Origin: Escherichia phage BME3
Reading direction: 5' to 3' (one strand)
Length of the DNA stretch: 64,000 bases
Sequence record: PP239276.1
Positions 1-8,818 of the stretch are shown piece after piece (the first letter of the stretch is position 1; every line of letters begins with the position of its first letter). The notes under the pieces are model-generated. The model made no database searches. It saw only the letters and a list, made by a program, of their open reading frames with translations, and was not told where the DNA came from. The translations under genes and the position numbers were made by a program.

Positions 1-2
1 GT

Positions 3-224
3 TTGGTTCGTCCTATTAAGTATCTAATGAGTCAAAGCGAAGTTGATTTTAAAATTGCACTTTCACAACTTCCTTTGTATTATGTAGAACAACTGTTCTT
101 TGGTTGCCTTGCAGAAGGTTACAATAACATTGAAAAATACAAAGAGAACTTTGATTTCCTACGTCAATTTTTTGAAAGCAATATTATCGACAAATCTAAT
201 GTTAAAGGGGATTATTATGTCTAA
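3..224 (+). CDS. hypothetical protein, possibly 5' partial at window edge
   Basis: ORF in track opens at position 3 with a TTG; no recognisable motif. Confidence 0.3.
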   Translation: MVRPIKYLMSQSEVDFKIALSQLPLYYVEQLFFGCLAEGYNNIEKYKENFDFLRQFFESNIIDKSNVKGDYYV

Positions 225-933
225 TAAAGTAATGACTTTCGGAGATCCTATTACCAATATTACAGAAAAAGATTTTGGGCGCGTAGCAACAGATAAAGAT
301 GGTGTCTTAAGAATTCGTGTACAAGGCATTACAGCACAGGATGAATATGCTGTGTATGTTTCAGGTCTTAACTATATTGATGATCGCATTACACAAAACT
401 TTGCACTGATCGGTGGTGTAGAGAAAATGTACTGGGAAGATGAAATTGTAACAAGTTATCCAGCAGGTATCATTGAGGTATACGGTGATCTTTTAGCAGC
501 AGCCGAGAGAGGCGATATAGACGCTATAGCACACTGCTGTAACTGTTTTTGCACTATGGGTAGTGGTATTGCACCAAAAATTAAAAGCAAGTGGCCTGGT
601 GCGTTTAAAGCAGATTGTGCCACTACACGTGGTGATTATAAAAAATTAGGTACGTTTACCAAATATACAGAAAACAATTTGACAATTTATAATTTATATG
701 GACAATATGGTTATAGTCGTCGTGAGGAAGGTAAGCGTGACCTGAATTATGAAGCTATCTACAATGCGCTAGATAGTATGGGAGACGATGTTGTATCTTC
801 AGGCGGTAAAATTGTAGGTTTACCAATGCTTGGTTGTGGTTTGGCTGGAGGTTCTTGGAATATTGTAAAACTTATGATCGAAGAAACTCTAGTAAACAAA
901 GGTTTAAATGTAATTGTTTACAAACTGAAATAA
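217..933 (+). CDS. macro domain protein (TARG1/DarG-like ADP-ribose hydrolase family)
   Basis: ATG at 217 preceded by AAAGGGG RBS; motif DAIAHCCNCFCTMGSGIAPKIK resembles the TARG1/DarG-type macrodomain core; later LGCGLAGG glycine-rich stretch. Confidence 0.6.
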   Translation: MSNKVMTFGDPITNITEKDFGRVATDKDGVLRIRVQGITAQDEYAVYVSGLNYIDDRITQNFALIGGVEKMYWEDEIVTSYPAGIIEVYGDLLAAAERGDIDAIAHCCNCFCTMGSGIAPKIKSKWPGAFKADCATTRGDYKKLGTFTKYTENNLTIYNLYGQYGYSRREEGKRDLNYEAIYNALDSMGDDVVSSGGKIVGLPMLGCGLAGGSWNIVKLMIEETLVNKGLNVIVYKLK

Positions 934-942
934 GGAGAAAGT

Positions 943-1149
943 ATGGCAGGTGTTTTAGCAGTATTAGGTTGTTTTATTGTTGTGTTCTTGATTGTGTTAA
1001 TCCCTAGTTGGCTACTGCTTTTAGCATACAACTATATGATTGACATTATCGGCTTAGACTGGCATCATGTTCCTGTAACGTTTTGGAGTGTAGTCTGTGT
1101 GACGTTCATTCTTGCGGTACTCCGTGGTATCTTTCAATCTAACAAATAA
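943..1149 (+). CDS. small membrane protein (two hydrophobic segments)
   Basis: AAGGAGAAAG RBS before ATG; sequence LAVLGCFIVVFLIVLIPSWLLLLAY and VTFILAVL are hydrophobic. Confidence 0.5.
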   Translation: MAGVLAVLGCFIVVFLIVLIPSWLLLLAYNYMIDIIGLDWHHVPVTFWSVVCVTFILAVLRGIFQSNK

Positions 1150-1163
1150 GAGAGGATCTTTAT

Positions 1164-1412
1164 ATGCGTAAAGTAAATGTTGAAGTGCTTGAAAAATTTA
1201 TAAACACCCGTGATTGTACTATCGGCAAGGTTTACGAGGCTATTCTCATTGAAGATGGGGATGAAGTTCCTGCCCCGTATCATGCCTTTAACGGTCAGGT
1301 TAGCAAAGTGGAAGGTGGTCTTGCTATTTGCTTTATTGATGATGTAGGTGATGCTGTAGCTTTCCCTATCATTAACAAAGAAGATAAACTTAAAATTACA
1401 GAACTGAACTAG
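1164..1412 (+). CDS. hypothetical protein
   Basis: 82 aa ORF with upstream purine-rich RBS. Confidence 0.45.
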   Translation: MRKVNVEVLEKFINTRDCTIGKVYEAILIEDGDEVPAPYHAFNGQVSKVEGGLAICFIDDVGDAVAFPIINKEDKLKITELN

Positions 1413-1440
1413 TTGACTTTCTTTAAAAACAGTTTATAGT
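1413..1440 (+). promoter_or_regulatory. sigma70-like promoter (TTGACT - 16 nt - TATAGT) upstream of TerC-like gene
   Basis: TTGACT at 1413-1418 and TATAGT at 1435-1440 read directly. Confidence 0.5.
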
Positions 1441-1452
1441 ATAAGACATAGA

Positions 1453-1471
1453 GCGGAGGATTGTCCTCCGC
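1453..1471 (+). promoter_or_regulatory. leader hairpin GCGGAGGA-TTGT-CCTCCGC in 5' UTR of TerC-like gene
   Basis: perfect 7-8 bp inverted repeat between promoter and RBS; no T-run after it. Confidence 0.4.
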
Positions 1472-1489
1472 ATTAAAGAGGAGAAAAGA

Positions 1490-2467
1490 ATGCAACTGGG
1501 TTTCCCAATTATTGATGTGGTTGTTTTAGTGGGTATTTTAGTGTTGTCGATTTGTATTGATTTCTTTGGACACAGAGAAAACAAAGAAATTTCATTTAAA
1601 TCTGCAATTGGTTGGTCAATTTTCTGGATTGGGGTATCATTAGCCTACTATGGTTTTGTATACTTCCAACACGGTGCTGATTTTGCGAGCTTGTTTTTGA
1701 GTGGGTATGTGTTGGAGAAATCTCTTTCTGTAGATAACTTAGTAGTATTTGTGGCAGTATTCGCAAGTTTTGGTATTAAAAGCACACACTTGCAACACAA
1801 GATTCTACTTTGGGGTATTGCAGGTGCGATTGTCTTCCGAGGTGTGTTTGTAGCAGTAGGCACTTACTTGTTGAGTTTGGGCTGGTATGTTAATATCTTC
1901 TTCGGTGCGGTCATCCTTTTCTGTGCAGCTAAAATGGTATTCGCTGGAGATAATGACGCAGAAGTTGATTACTCTAAACACTGGGCTACTCGCATTGTTC
2001 GTAAACTGTTCCCTGTATCTGATCAGATGGATGGCGAGAAGTTCTTCACAATCAAAAATGGTGTTCGTGTAGCAACTCCGGCTCTGGTTTGTGTGTTTGT
2101 AATGGAAATGGTTGACGTAATCTTTGCAGTAGACTCTGTTCCAGCAGTAATTGCAGTGACACAAGAACCTCTGCTTGTATTTTCTTCAATGCTGTGTGCA
2201 ATTTTAGGTTTACGTGCTCTGTTCTTTGTCCTTAGTGTTGCACTGAAATATTTGGTTCATCTGGAGAAAGCAGTTATCGTAGTCCTGGTATTTGTGGGTG
2301 TAAAACTGATGTATCACCCGTTTGCAGAAACTCTGCACGCAAAAGTGAGTTTCCTGCCAGCACACATTGATCCGACGATCAGTATGTATATTGTGTTAGG
2401 TACTCTGGGGCTGGGTGTTATTGCAAGTTTAATCTTCCCTGAAAAAGAAGACCAAGCTGTTGCTTAA
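1490..2467 (+). CDS. TerC family integral membrane protein
   Basis: multi-pass hydrophobic protein with the TerC-family signature LEKSLSVDNL and a second DxxFAVDS segment; AAAGAGGAG RBS. Confidence 0.7.
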   Translation: MQLGFPIIDVVVLVGILVLSICIDFFGHRENKEISFKSAIGWSIFWIGVSLAYYGFVYFQHGADFASLFLSGYVLEKSLSVDNLVVFVAVFASFGIKSTHLQHKILLWGIAGAIVFRGVFVAVGTYLLSLGWYVNIFFGAVILFCAAKMVFAGDNDAEVDYSKHWATRIVRKLFPVSDQMDGEKFFTIKNGVRVATPALVCVFVMEMVDVIFAVDSVPAVIAVTQEPLLVFSSMLCAILGLRALFFVLSVALKYLVHLEKAVIVVLVFVGVKLMYHPFAETLHAKVSFLPAHIDPTISMYIVLGTLGLGVIASLIFPEKEDQAVA

Positions 2468-2473
2468 TTCATT

Positions 2474-2495
2474 AAGCCCCTTCGGGGGCTTTGTT
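2474..2495 (+). terminator. rho-independent terminator
   Basis: AAGCCCC-TTCG-GGGGCTT hairpin followed by TGTT. Confidence 0.6.
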
Positions 2496-2506
2496 GAGGT
2501 GATCTG

Positions 2507-2713
2507 ATGGTGGTTTTACGTGTTCTTTGGATTCTGTTTGAAAATATTTGTTTTGCTCTAGGGTTGTTTTGTTTGATTTTTATCTTGACAACATATATTG
2601 ATAACCATACAATTACTATCAACAGGAACGGAGAACAGATGTATTGTTTCTCTAGGGATTTTAAAAATTGTGTTGAGACTTTAAATGAGAGGGTTACAAA
2701 TGAAAAACATTAA
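2507..2713 (+). CDS. hypothetical small protein
   Basis: 68 aa ORF after terminator, GAGGTGA RBS; hydrophobic N-terminus. Confidence 0.3.
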   Translation: MVVLRVLWILFENICFALGLFCLIFILTTYIDNHTITINRNGEQMYCFSRDFKNCVETLNERVTNEKH

Positions 2714-3290
2714 ATCTTTTATTGTTGCAGTTGTTTTAGGTAGTGCATTGTTGGTAGGTTGTGATGATTCTGAAAATGTACAAAACCAACGTTACCAACA
2801 AACACCAAATCAGATGGTAGATGAACAATATGTAAATCAACCTGCACCTCAAGTTGTTCAAGCAGCACCTGCACAACCTTCAACAGTTGTTGTGCAAGGA
2901 GGCGGTAGTGGTTCTTCTGGCGTAGGTGAGTTTGCTACAGGTATGCTTCTTGGTCATATGTTGAGTGGTAATAGTGGCGGTGGTGGTTATAGGGATGGTG
3001 GTAGCAGCACAACAATTATTAATAACAACGCTGCTCCTACAACTAACAATAAAGCATATACAACACAAAAGCATAGTTTTTATGATAAACAAGGAAATAC
3101 ATATACAACCACTAAACAAAACACAATTAAGCAGCAAAGTGTACAAACGTATTCACGCCCATCAACAACAAAAGTGAATAGTGATTACTCTGCTCGTAAG
3201 TCTTACTCAAGTCCTATTAGCTCTTATAGTAAGTCTTCGAAAAGTTATTCTTCGTCGAAACGTAGTTTTAGTAGCTCACGTCGTCGTTAA
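2700..3290 (+). CDS. putative lipoprotein, Ser/Thr/Gly-rich low complexity
   Basis: MKNIKSFIVAVVLGSALLVGC lipobox-like signal peptide; internal ATG at 2700 with GAGGG RBS preferred over 2685. Confidence 0.5.
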   Translation: MKNIKSFIVAVVLGSALLVGCDDSENVQNQRYQQTPNQMVDEQYVNQPAPQVVQAAPAQPSTVVVQGGGSGSSGVGEFATGMLLGHMLSGNSGGGGYRDGGSSTTIINNNAAPTTNNKAYTTQKHSFYDKQGNTYTTTKQNTIKQQSVQTYSRPSTTKVNSDYSARKSYSSPISSYSKSSKSYSSSKRSFSSSRRR

Positions 3291-3325
3291 TAATTTAATA
3301 CAGATTAAACAAGAAGGAGAAACAG

Positions 3326-4177
3326 ATGAAACTAGAAGTTGGTAAAGTGTATCGCCTGGAAGGTTGGATCTTTAATCAAGAAATTCTTGAGAAGAATAAA
3401 GATGGTTTTGAGTTTGTTGGTACTACCCAGGAAAGTATGCACGATGATGAATACTGTAAATTCGTTGGTAAAAATACAGGTCAAGAACAATTTTGCTTTA
3501 AGAGCGCAATCGGTGATTATGCTTCTGTAATGCCAACACCAGAAAAAACTCCGAAGCAATATACTGTCTTTGGTGTAAAACTTGAAGAACTTGTAGAACA
3601 CCCACGTTTTGAAGAGTTCAAGGTTGCTGCAATGTGCAAGCATTCTGAAATTAAAATACATAATTTGTTTGATTTAGAAGATCGGTTTGATATCTTTATG
3701 TATGATCGCAGGGAAAAGCATTTTGATGCAACGACTTCAAAATTTGCTGCAACAGAGGATATTAAAATTCTTGATGTTGATACCTTTCTTCAGAATGTAT
3801 CGTTTGTATTCATTCCTAAGTACAAAAAACGTAGTGATCATAAACGTGTGAAAGGAACTCCTCGTAAGAAACGTACTGTAAACAAAGCAACTTTGCACTT
3901 CACTTCTGGTGATAAGTATACTCTCAAAGGGTTTGAAAGTGTTTTGTATGATGCTGGAACGGGTAATATCAAGTTTATCATTAAGGCAACCTACAAAGGT
4001 ACGGTATTACACGAAGAGGCTGTTACACTACCTGTATTCGATATCTCTCGTGTTGAGGTACGGGGTGTTAAAGAGTCCTTCGATCTGGATTTCTTAACCA
4101 CTAATGCTACTGGTTATGTTAATCTGGAAGCAGATGGGGCGTTTATTACTACAAATTATTTAGATATGTTTGTTTAA
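3326..4177 (+). CDS. hypothetical protein
   Basis: 283 aa ORF, AAGGAGAAACAG RBS. Confidence 0.55.
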   Translation: MKLEVGKVYRLEGWIFNQEILEKNKDGFEFVGTTQESMHDDEYCKFVGKNTGQEQFCFKSAIGDYASVMPTPEKTPKQYTVFGVKLEELVEHPRFEEFKVAAMCKHSEIKIHNLFDLEDRFDIFMYDRREKHFDATTSKFAATEDIKILDVDTFLQNVSFVFIPKYKKRSDHKRVKGTPRKKRTVNKATLHFTSGDKYTLKGFESVLYDAGTGNIKFIIKATYKGTVLHEEAVTLPVFDISRVEVRGVKESFDLDFLTTNATGYVNLEADGAFITTNYLDMFV

Positions 4178-4245
4178 TACTTAATTTGTGTTATGATGGT
4201 GGTACAGAGGTATCACCATCTACTAAAGAATATGGAGGAAATTGA

Positions 4246-5349
4246 ATGTCCAGTCCTTTTATCAGTGCCGTAAAAAGCAAACCGTCTGAAATGAGTGTAT
4301 TCACGGCAACAACAGAAAAAAGTAAGTCTTTGTTTGCTCCAAGTGCTATGGATGCAAGCCCTGTATATGCACCTGCTGTTGCACGACCTGTACAAATGCT
4401 GCCTCCAATGTCTCGTGAAGAGATTGAACAGGTTGGTGCTGATGCAGGACTTACTCTTCGTAACCTTAATGCTGAAGTGCTTAAACACCAGCGTTCATCT
4501 CAGGGAGATGAAATGAGTGAACGTTTAACTGCACTTATTAAGCAAGCAAAGCAACTTGATCCTAATTCTATTAAACAATCTAAAGGTTTAGGTAAGTTAG
4601 TTAAGAAAGTATTAGGTATGAAAGAAGATTTGTTTGGAGAATTTGACACCATCAATAATCGTATTGAAGGTTTGGTAAAGACACTCCAAACAGACTTGAA
4701 AAAAGAAGAAGATTCTTTACGATATCTGCAACGTTTAGAAGAGGCTATTGCAAAATATGCTCTTAGCTTAAACAGAGATATAGAGCTTCTAACAGCTACG
4801 TATGAAAAAGAAGAAGTTCGCCTTAATACACTACCTGAAAATGAAGTAGAAGAGCGTCAACGTACTCGTGATACTATGGATCTGCTTGAAATTCGTATTG
4901 CAGACCTGAAAGCATTACGTTTACTCTGTGTTCAGATGGGGCCACGTGTACAAAGTATGCAGAAAGTATCTGCAAGTTTGATGCGATCAGCACGTAACAT
5001 TGTGAATAATGTTATCCCTGCTTACTCTGCAAACTTTTCTATGTATATTGAAAGTCTACGCCAGAAGAAAGCAGCCGATACACAGAACAATGTACTGAAT
5101 GAATTTAATGCTGCTATTGCAATGGGTAGTGATCTGGCTGCACAAAACCAAATTGAAGCTACACAACTTGCTAATCGTCAAGTATTGGATATTGAAACAC
5201 TACGTCGCGATCAAGAAAACTTAGTTAAAATGTTGGAAGAAACTAACCGAATCAACACTGAAGCCCGTGCTGCTCGTATTGATTACATCCAAGAAGTGCA
5301 ATCTCTTGAAGATGGTATGATTCAAACTGTTAAACGTGGTCTACTTTAA
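4246..5349 (+). CDS. TelA-like (toxic anion resistance family) coiled-coil protein
   Basis: 367 aa, long helical heptad-rich sequence with layout similar to TelA/KlaA; TGGAGGAAATTGA RBS. Confidence 0.5.
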   Translation: MSSPFISAVKSKPSEMSVFTATTEKSKSLFAPSAMDASPVYAPAVARPVQMLPPMSREEIEQVGADAGLTLRNLNAEVLKHQRSSQGDEMSERLTALIKQAKQLDPNSIKQSKGLGKLVKKVLGMKEDLFGEFDTINNRIEGLVKTLQTDLKKEEDSLRYLQRLEEAIAKYALSLNRDIELLTATYEKEEVRLNTLPENEVEERQRTRDTMDLLEIRIADLKALRLLCVQMGPRVQSMQKVSASLMRSARNIVNNVIPAYSANFSMYIESLRQKKAADTQNNVLNEFNAAIAMGSDLAAQNQIEATQLANRQVLDIETLRRDQENLVKMLEETNRINTEARAARIDYIQEVQSLEDGMIQTVKRGLL

Positions 5350-5362
5350 GGAGAAATATATT

Positions 5363-5569
5363 ATGAATATTAAAATTTACAAACTGTCTGGTTCTATGAT
5401 TGCTGTCCAGTACGACAATGAAGATCGTTATGTTCTCCTCCAGGATGCTTGGTTAGATGATCCTAATGTATTCACTGTCCTGCGAGAACTACGTTCTGTC
5501 TATACCTATTCTTCTAAAGATGGTTTTGATAGTTCAACGATGGAATTGGTAAAAGAGGAGAATGTGTAA
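5363..5569 (+). CDS. hypothetical protein
   Basis: internal ATG at 5363 with AAGGAG RBS; start codon overlaps upstream stop. Confidence 0.45.
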   Translation: MNIKIYKLSGSMIAVQYDNEDRYVLLQDAWLDDPNVFTVLRELRSVYTYSSKDGFDSSTMELVKEENV

Positions 5570-5769
5570 TGAGTAAAGATATTCACTTAACTCGTGAAGA
5601 GTTACAAACCATTATGGAAGATGCTTTCATTGATGGTTGGAAACAAGGTCAAGAGTCAGATTGGTATGATGCCGAAGATTTTTTGTATTATCATATGACT
5701 GCACCTGTAGACGAGCAAACACACTCTGAAACAACTTTGGCTTTAATTGATCTTAAGGCTGGTGTATAA
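5569..5769 (+). CDS. hypothetical protein
   Basis: 66 aa, translationally coupled (TAATG overlap), AAGAGGAG RBS. Confidence 0.5.
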   Translation: MSKDIHLTREELQTIMEDAFIDGWKQGQESDWYDAEDFLYYHMTAPVDEQTHSETTLALIDLKAGV

Positions 5770-6332
5770 TGGGGTGTTTTAGTTTCTTGTGCAAAGAGTC
5801 TGGTAATGCTGCTCTTTCTACCTCTTTCGATGGCTCTCCTTGCTACCTATTTCTTTTGAAAGGTGGTAAAGTTGTTGAAGAGATGTATGGCAATTATGAT
5901 AGCTATGGTAGTGTTTTCTCTAACGAAGAAGATAAACATGGCAATCGTAAAAGATTCAAGTGGTCTATGCCTTGGGAAGAAGTTTGTAATTTGATGTTCT
6001 CTTCCGATCCTGGGGATGGTATCGCTATGATATTAGAAGAGCACTTTACAGGTGAGATCCCAACAGAAAGATCTGAAGAAGACCCTAACCAGGGCTGGGG
6101 TGATGGAGAAGAAGATCCAGATTGCTTCTTCAGTATTGAAAATAATAAATTTAAACGTGTTGACAATCCTTACCACAAAGTGCATAATACTTGCATTGAG
6201 ACAGAAGAAGACTCAAAGCTAGAAATTGAAGATGATTTAGTTGTAACTATCTCTTTAAACGAGTTACAAAAGATCACCAGAGAGGCTTTCTACTTAGGCT
6301 TGAGAGCAGGTAAAGGAGAAGACAGTGCTTAA
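5769..6332 (+). CDS. hypothetical acidic protein
   Basis: 187 aa ORF, coupled start. Confidence 0.5.
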   Translation: MGCFSFLCKESGNAALSTSFDGSPCYLFLLKGGKVVEEMYGNYDSYGSVFSNEEDKHGNRKRFKWSMPWEEVCNLMFSSDPGDGIAMILEEHFTGEIPTERSEEDPNQGWGDGEEDPDCFFSIENNKFKRVDNPYHKVHNTCIETEEDSKLEIEDDLVVTISLNELQKITREAFYLGLRAGKGEDSA

Positions 6333-6594
6333 ATTTAATATCAAAGACGACAAATCAGATGAACCTAAATGTTTTGGAGAACTTGACGCAGGTGATACAT
6401 TCGTATATTATGTTGCCTATCAAGATGCTGGTTTAGATACGTTCAGAAACTTAGTGTTTATTAAGATTAATACAAACCAAGCAATGTGTCTGAACGGTTC
6501 ACAAAGAGGTCAACTTAACTGTATCTTATATGATACAGAAGTGGTAGAAGTGGATTTAGAAGTTACTAACATTACAGTCAGAAAGGAGAAATAA
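6325..6594 (+). CDS. hypothetical protein
   Basis: GTG start at 6325 with AAGGAG RBS 6 nt upstream. Confidence 0.45.
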   Translation: MLKFNIKDDKSDEPKCFGELDAGDTFVYYVAYQDAGLDTFRNLVFIKINTNQAMCLNGSQRGQLNCILYDTEVVEVDLEVTNITVRKEK

Positions 6595-6595
6595 T

Positions 6596-7390
6596 ATGTC
6601 CAATAAAATCAGTCTTAAAAAACGTCAAGAAACTCTTACTGTATCTCTGCGTAAGAAAAAGATTAACGATGTTGTTCTTCGTGTCGGTAGCGCCTTAGAT
6701 ATTTCGGGCAGTATGTGTGAACTGTATCGTGATGGCACTGTTAGTGATTTTGTAGGTAAACTGCTGCCGTTTGGTATGAAGTTTGATGATAATGCACAGA
6801 TTGACATGTGGGCTTTCAATAGTTCTTCTTTTGAACTGCCTCCTGCAACGGCTGATGTGTATGATGATTATGTCGGCTCTTGCATGTCTAATGTTTGCAT
6901 CAACGGTGGTACAGCCTATGCTCCAGTAATGCAAGAGATCTATGATACATACTTCGGTAGTGTACCTATGAAAAATATTACACGCGAAGTCGTTGAGTAT
7001 GAAGAAGTTCCGGCTAAAGGTTTCCTTGCTAAACTAACTGGTAAAAAAGAACTTGTAGAAGTAACACGTACTATTGTAGAACAGGTTGTAGATACTGATG
7101 CACAAGTTGATCGTACTCCTGCAATGATTTTCTTCCAAACTGATGGGGAGAACATGGATACTTCAGCAGTACGTAGCTTACTGAACAAACACCGCAACAC
7201 GCCTGTTTACTGGTTTATGGTCGGTGTAGGTAATGCAAACTTTAAATTCCTGAAAGACTTGGCAAAAGAATACGATAATGTTGATTTTATCGGTATTGCA
7301 GATTTGTCCTTGTCTGATGAAGAACTTTACGATAAACTGTTATCCGAAGAGTTTGGTGAGTGGGTTAAAAAATTCGGAGCAAAAGCGTAA
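6596..7390 (+). CDS. von Willebrand factor A (vWA) domain protein, TerY-like
   Basis: MIDAS-like motif LDISGSM near N-terminus; GAAAGGAGAAATAAT RBS. Confidence 0.6.
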   Translation: MSNKISLKKRQETLTVSLRKKKINDVVLRVGSALDISGSMCELYRDGTVSDFVGKLLPFGMKFDDNAQIDMWAFNSSSFELPPATADVYDDYVGSCMSNVCINGGTAYAPVMQEIYDTYFGSVPMKNITREVVEYEEVPAKGFLAKLTGKKELVEVTRTIVEQVVDTDAQVDRTPAMIFFQTDGENMDTSAVRSLLNKHRNTPVYWFMVGVGNANFKFLKDLAKEYDNVDFIGIADLSLSDEELYDKLLSEEFGEWVKKFGAKA

Positions 7391-7397
7391 AAAACGC

Positions 7398-7425
7398 TTG
7401 ACTTTGTAGAAAAGATTAGTAAAAT
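7398..7425 (+). promoter_or_regulatory. sigma70-like promoter (TTGACT ... TAAAAT) upstream of TerD-like gene
   Basis: TTGACT 7398-7403, TAAAAT near 7420-7425. Confidence 0.45.
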
Positions 7426-7462
7426 AGACAACGTAAATTAACAACAAAGGAGATAATAAATT

Positions 7463-8059
7463 ATGACTCAGAAAATTTCCCTGAAAAAAGGTTCTAGCGA
7501 AAAAATTTCTCTGAAAAAGATCGCACCAGCACTGAAACGCATTCGCCTGGAATTCTCTTGGAAATCTAACGAAAAACTGGATCTGGATGTTAGTGCTCTG
7601 ATTTGCCGACACAATGCATCTGGTCTGCCGGAACTGTTGTCTCCTCGTCACCTGGTGTGCTACGCGCAGAAATTTGATCCTGAACGTTCTACTTTTGCAG
7701 GTGAAGATGTTCGTGATGGTGTAGGGCAGATGGAACAGATTGATGTTACACTGGATAATATCTCTGCTGAAGCACAGGAAATTGCATTCGTAATTACTAT
7801 TGATGATGAAACGGGTAAGAAACGCCTTGGTCACGCTACCGAAGGTTTCCTTAAAATCTTCGATGATGAACGTAATGTTGAACTGCTGGACTTTGACTTC
7901 TTGGCCCCAGAACTTGCAGGTAACACCATTTGCCACGTTGCCTCCCTGGTGCGGGAAGATAGCGAATGGAAACTGAAAGCATATGGTGTAGGTAAAGCTG
8001 GGCTTGACATTTACGATGTAGTTAAAGCGTTTGGCGCTGGCGACGATTGGTTCGAGTAA
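7463..8059 (+). CDS. TerD domain protein
   Basis: N-terminal duplicated ISLKKG/ISLKK motif, D/E-rich core (ITIDDETG) and C-terminal WKLKAYGVG, all typical of TerD family. Confidence 0.7.
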   Translation: MTQKISLKKGSSEKISLKKIAPALKRIRLEFSWKSNEKLDLDVSALICRHNASGLPELLSPRHLVCYAQKFDPERSTFAGEDVRDGVGQMEQIDVTLDNISAEAQEIAFVITIDDETGKKRLGHATEGFLKIFDDERNVELLDFDFLAPELAGNTICHVASLVREDSEWKLKAYGVGKAGLDIYDVVKAFGAGDDWFE

Positions 8060-8078
8060 TAAGTCAAGTAATAAATCA

Positions 8079-8104
8079 TAGCGCCCTTCGGGGCGCATAT
8101 TTAA
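8079..8104 (+). terminator. rho-independent terminator
   Basis: GCGCCC-TTCG-GGGCGC hairpin then AT-rich tail. Confidence 0.5.
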
Positions 8105-8123
8105 AATAAAAGAGGAGAAAACA

Positions 8124-8726
8124 ATGAGTATTACTTTAGAAGGTCAAAAACTTATTCGCAGCGGCAATTTTCTTGTAGATATTGACAACAATGAAGATTA
8201 TGCTTTAGAAGTTAGTGATGTGCTGTTTGATGCTTTGCAGTCTGGTTTCAATTTTGAAGTTTATGAAGTAATCCGTGGAACTAAACTCAGAGAAACCCTT
8301 GGATCATCTAGTGATGTTTATTCGGCAATCTGGCAATATTTCGGGTTAATGGATGGTAAGACATATCTTACTGATAGTTATTCTGAAGATGTTGTTTATC
8401 TTGATATGGAAGAGTTTCGTCGTCTGTTCAAAAGTGAAGAAAATGAAGAAGAGGGTGAACTTTTTGAAGGAATTACTCTCGAAGGTAATGTTGAAATTGT
8501 GTATAAAGCAGGAAAAACATTCCACTTACGTGAAAACGGTAAAGCAAAAGTTGATTTTGTAAACAAGACAGTGACAACTGAACATAATTATCTTAAAGAT
8601 GGTCAACCAGCTTTTGAACGTGTAAAAATTAAATTTAAAGTGTTATCTGCACTAGTCACGGATCAAGAACGTATTGATTTTGTAGAAGATGGTGTAGTAA
8701 CTCATACAAAGGTTTACAATATCTAA
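8124..8726 (+). CDS. hypothetical protein
   Basis: 200 aa ORF, AAGAGGAGAAAACA RBS. Confidence 0.55.
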   Translation: MSITLEGQKLIRSGNFLVDIDNNEDYALEVSDVLFDALQSGFNFEVYEVIRGTKLRETLGSSSDVYSAIWQYFGLMDGKTYLTDSYSEDVVYLDMEEFRRLFKSEENEEEGELFEGITLEGNVEIVYKAGKTFHLRENGKAKVDFVNKTVTTEHNYLKDGQPAFERVKIKFKVLSALVTDQERIDFVEDGVVTHTKVYNI

Positions 8727-8758
8727 CAGAGTGTAAGAGGGGGATAGTCCCCCTCCAC

Positions 8759-8787
8759 TTGCAAAATAGCCTCTTCTGTGTTACAAT
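8759..8787 (+). promoter_or_regulatory. promoter with extended -10 (TTGCAA - 17 nt - TGtTACAAT)
   Basis: TTGCAA at 8759-8764, TG at 8779-8780, TACAAT at 8782-8787. Confidence 0.5.
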
Positions 8788-8818
8788 AAAAGTTCGTTTA
8801 ACAAAATAGGAGGCAAGT

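Noticed and set aside
1648-2164. Minus-strand ORFs (71 and 119 aa) inside the TerC-like gene
   Set aside because: Antisense to a well-supported membrane protein gene; Cys/Tyr/Asn-rich translations typical of non-coding frames.
7340-8098. 252-aa minus-strand ORF antisense to the TerD-like gene
   Set aside because: Completely overlaps a plus-strand gene with strong family motifs and an RBS; the antisense ORF has no RBS and unusual composition, so it is probably a frame artefact.
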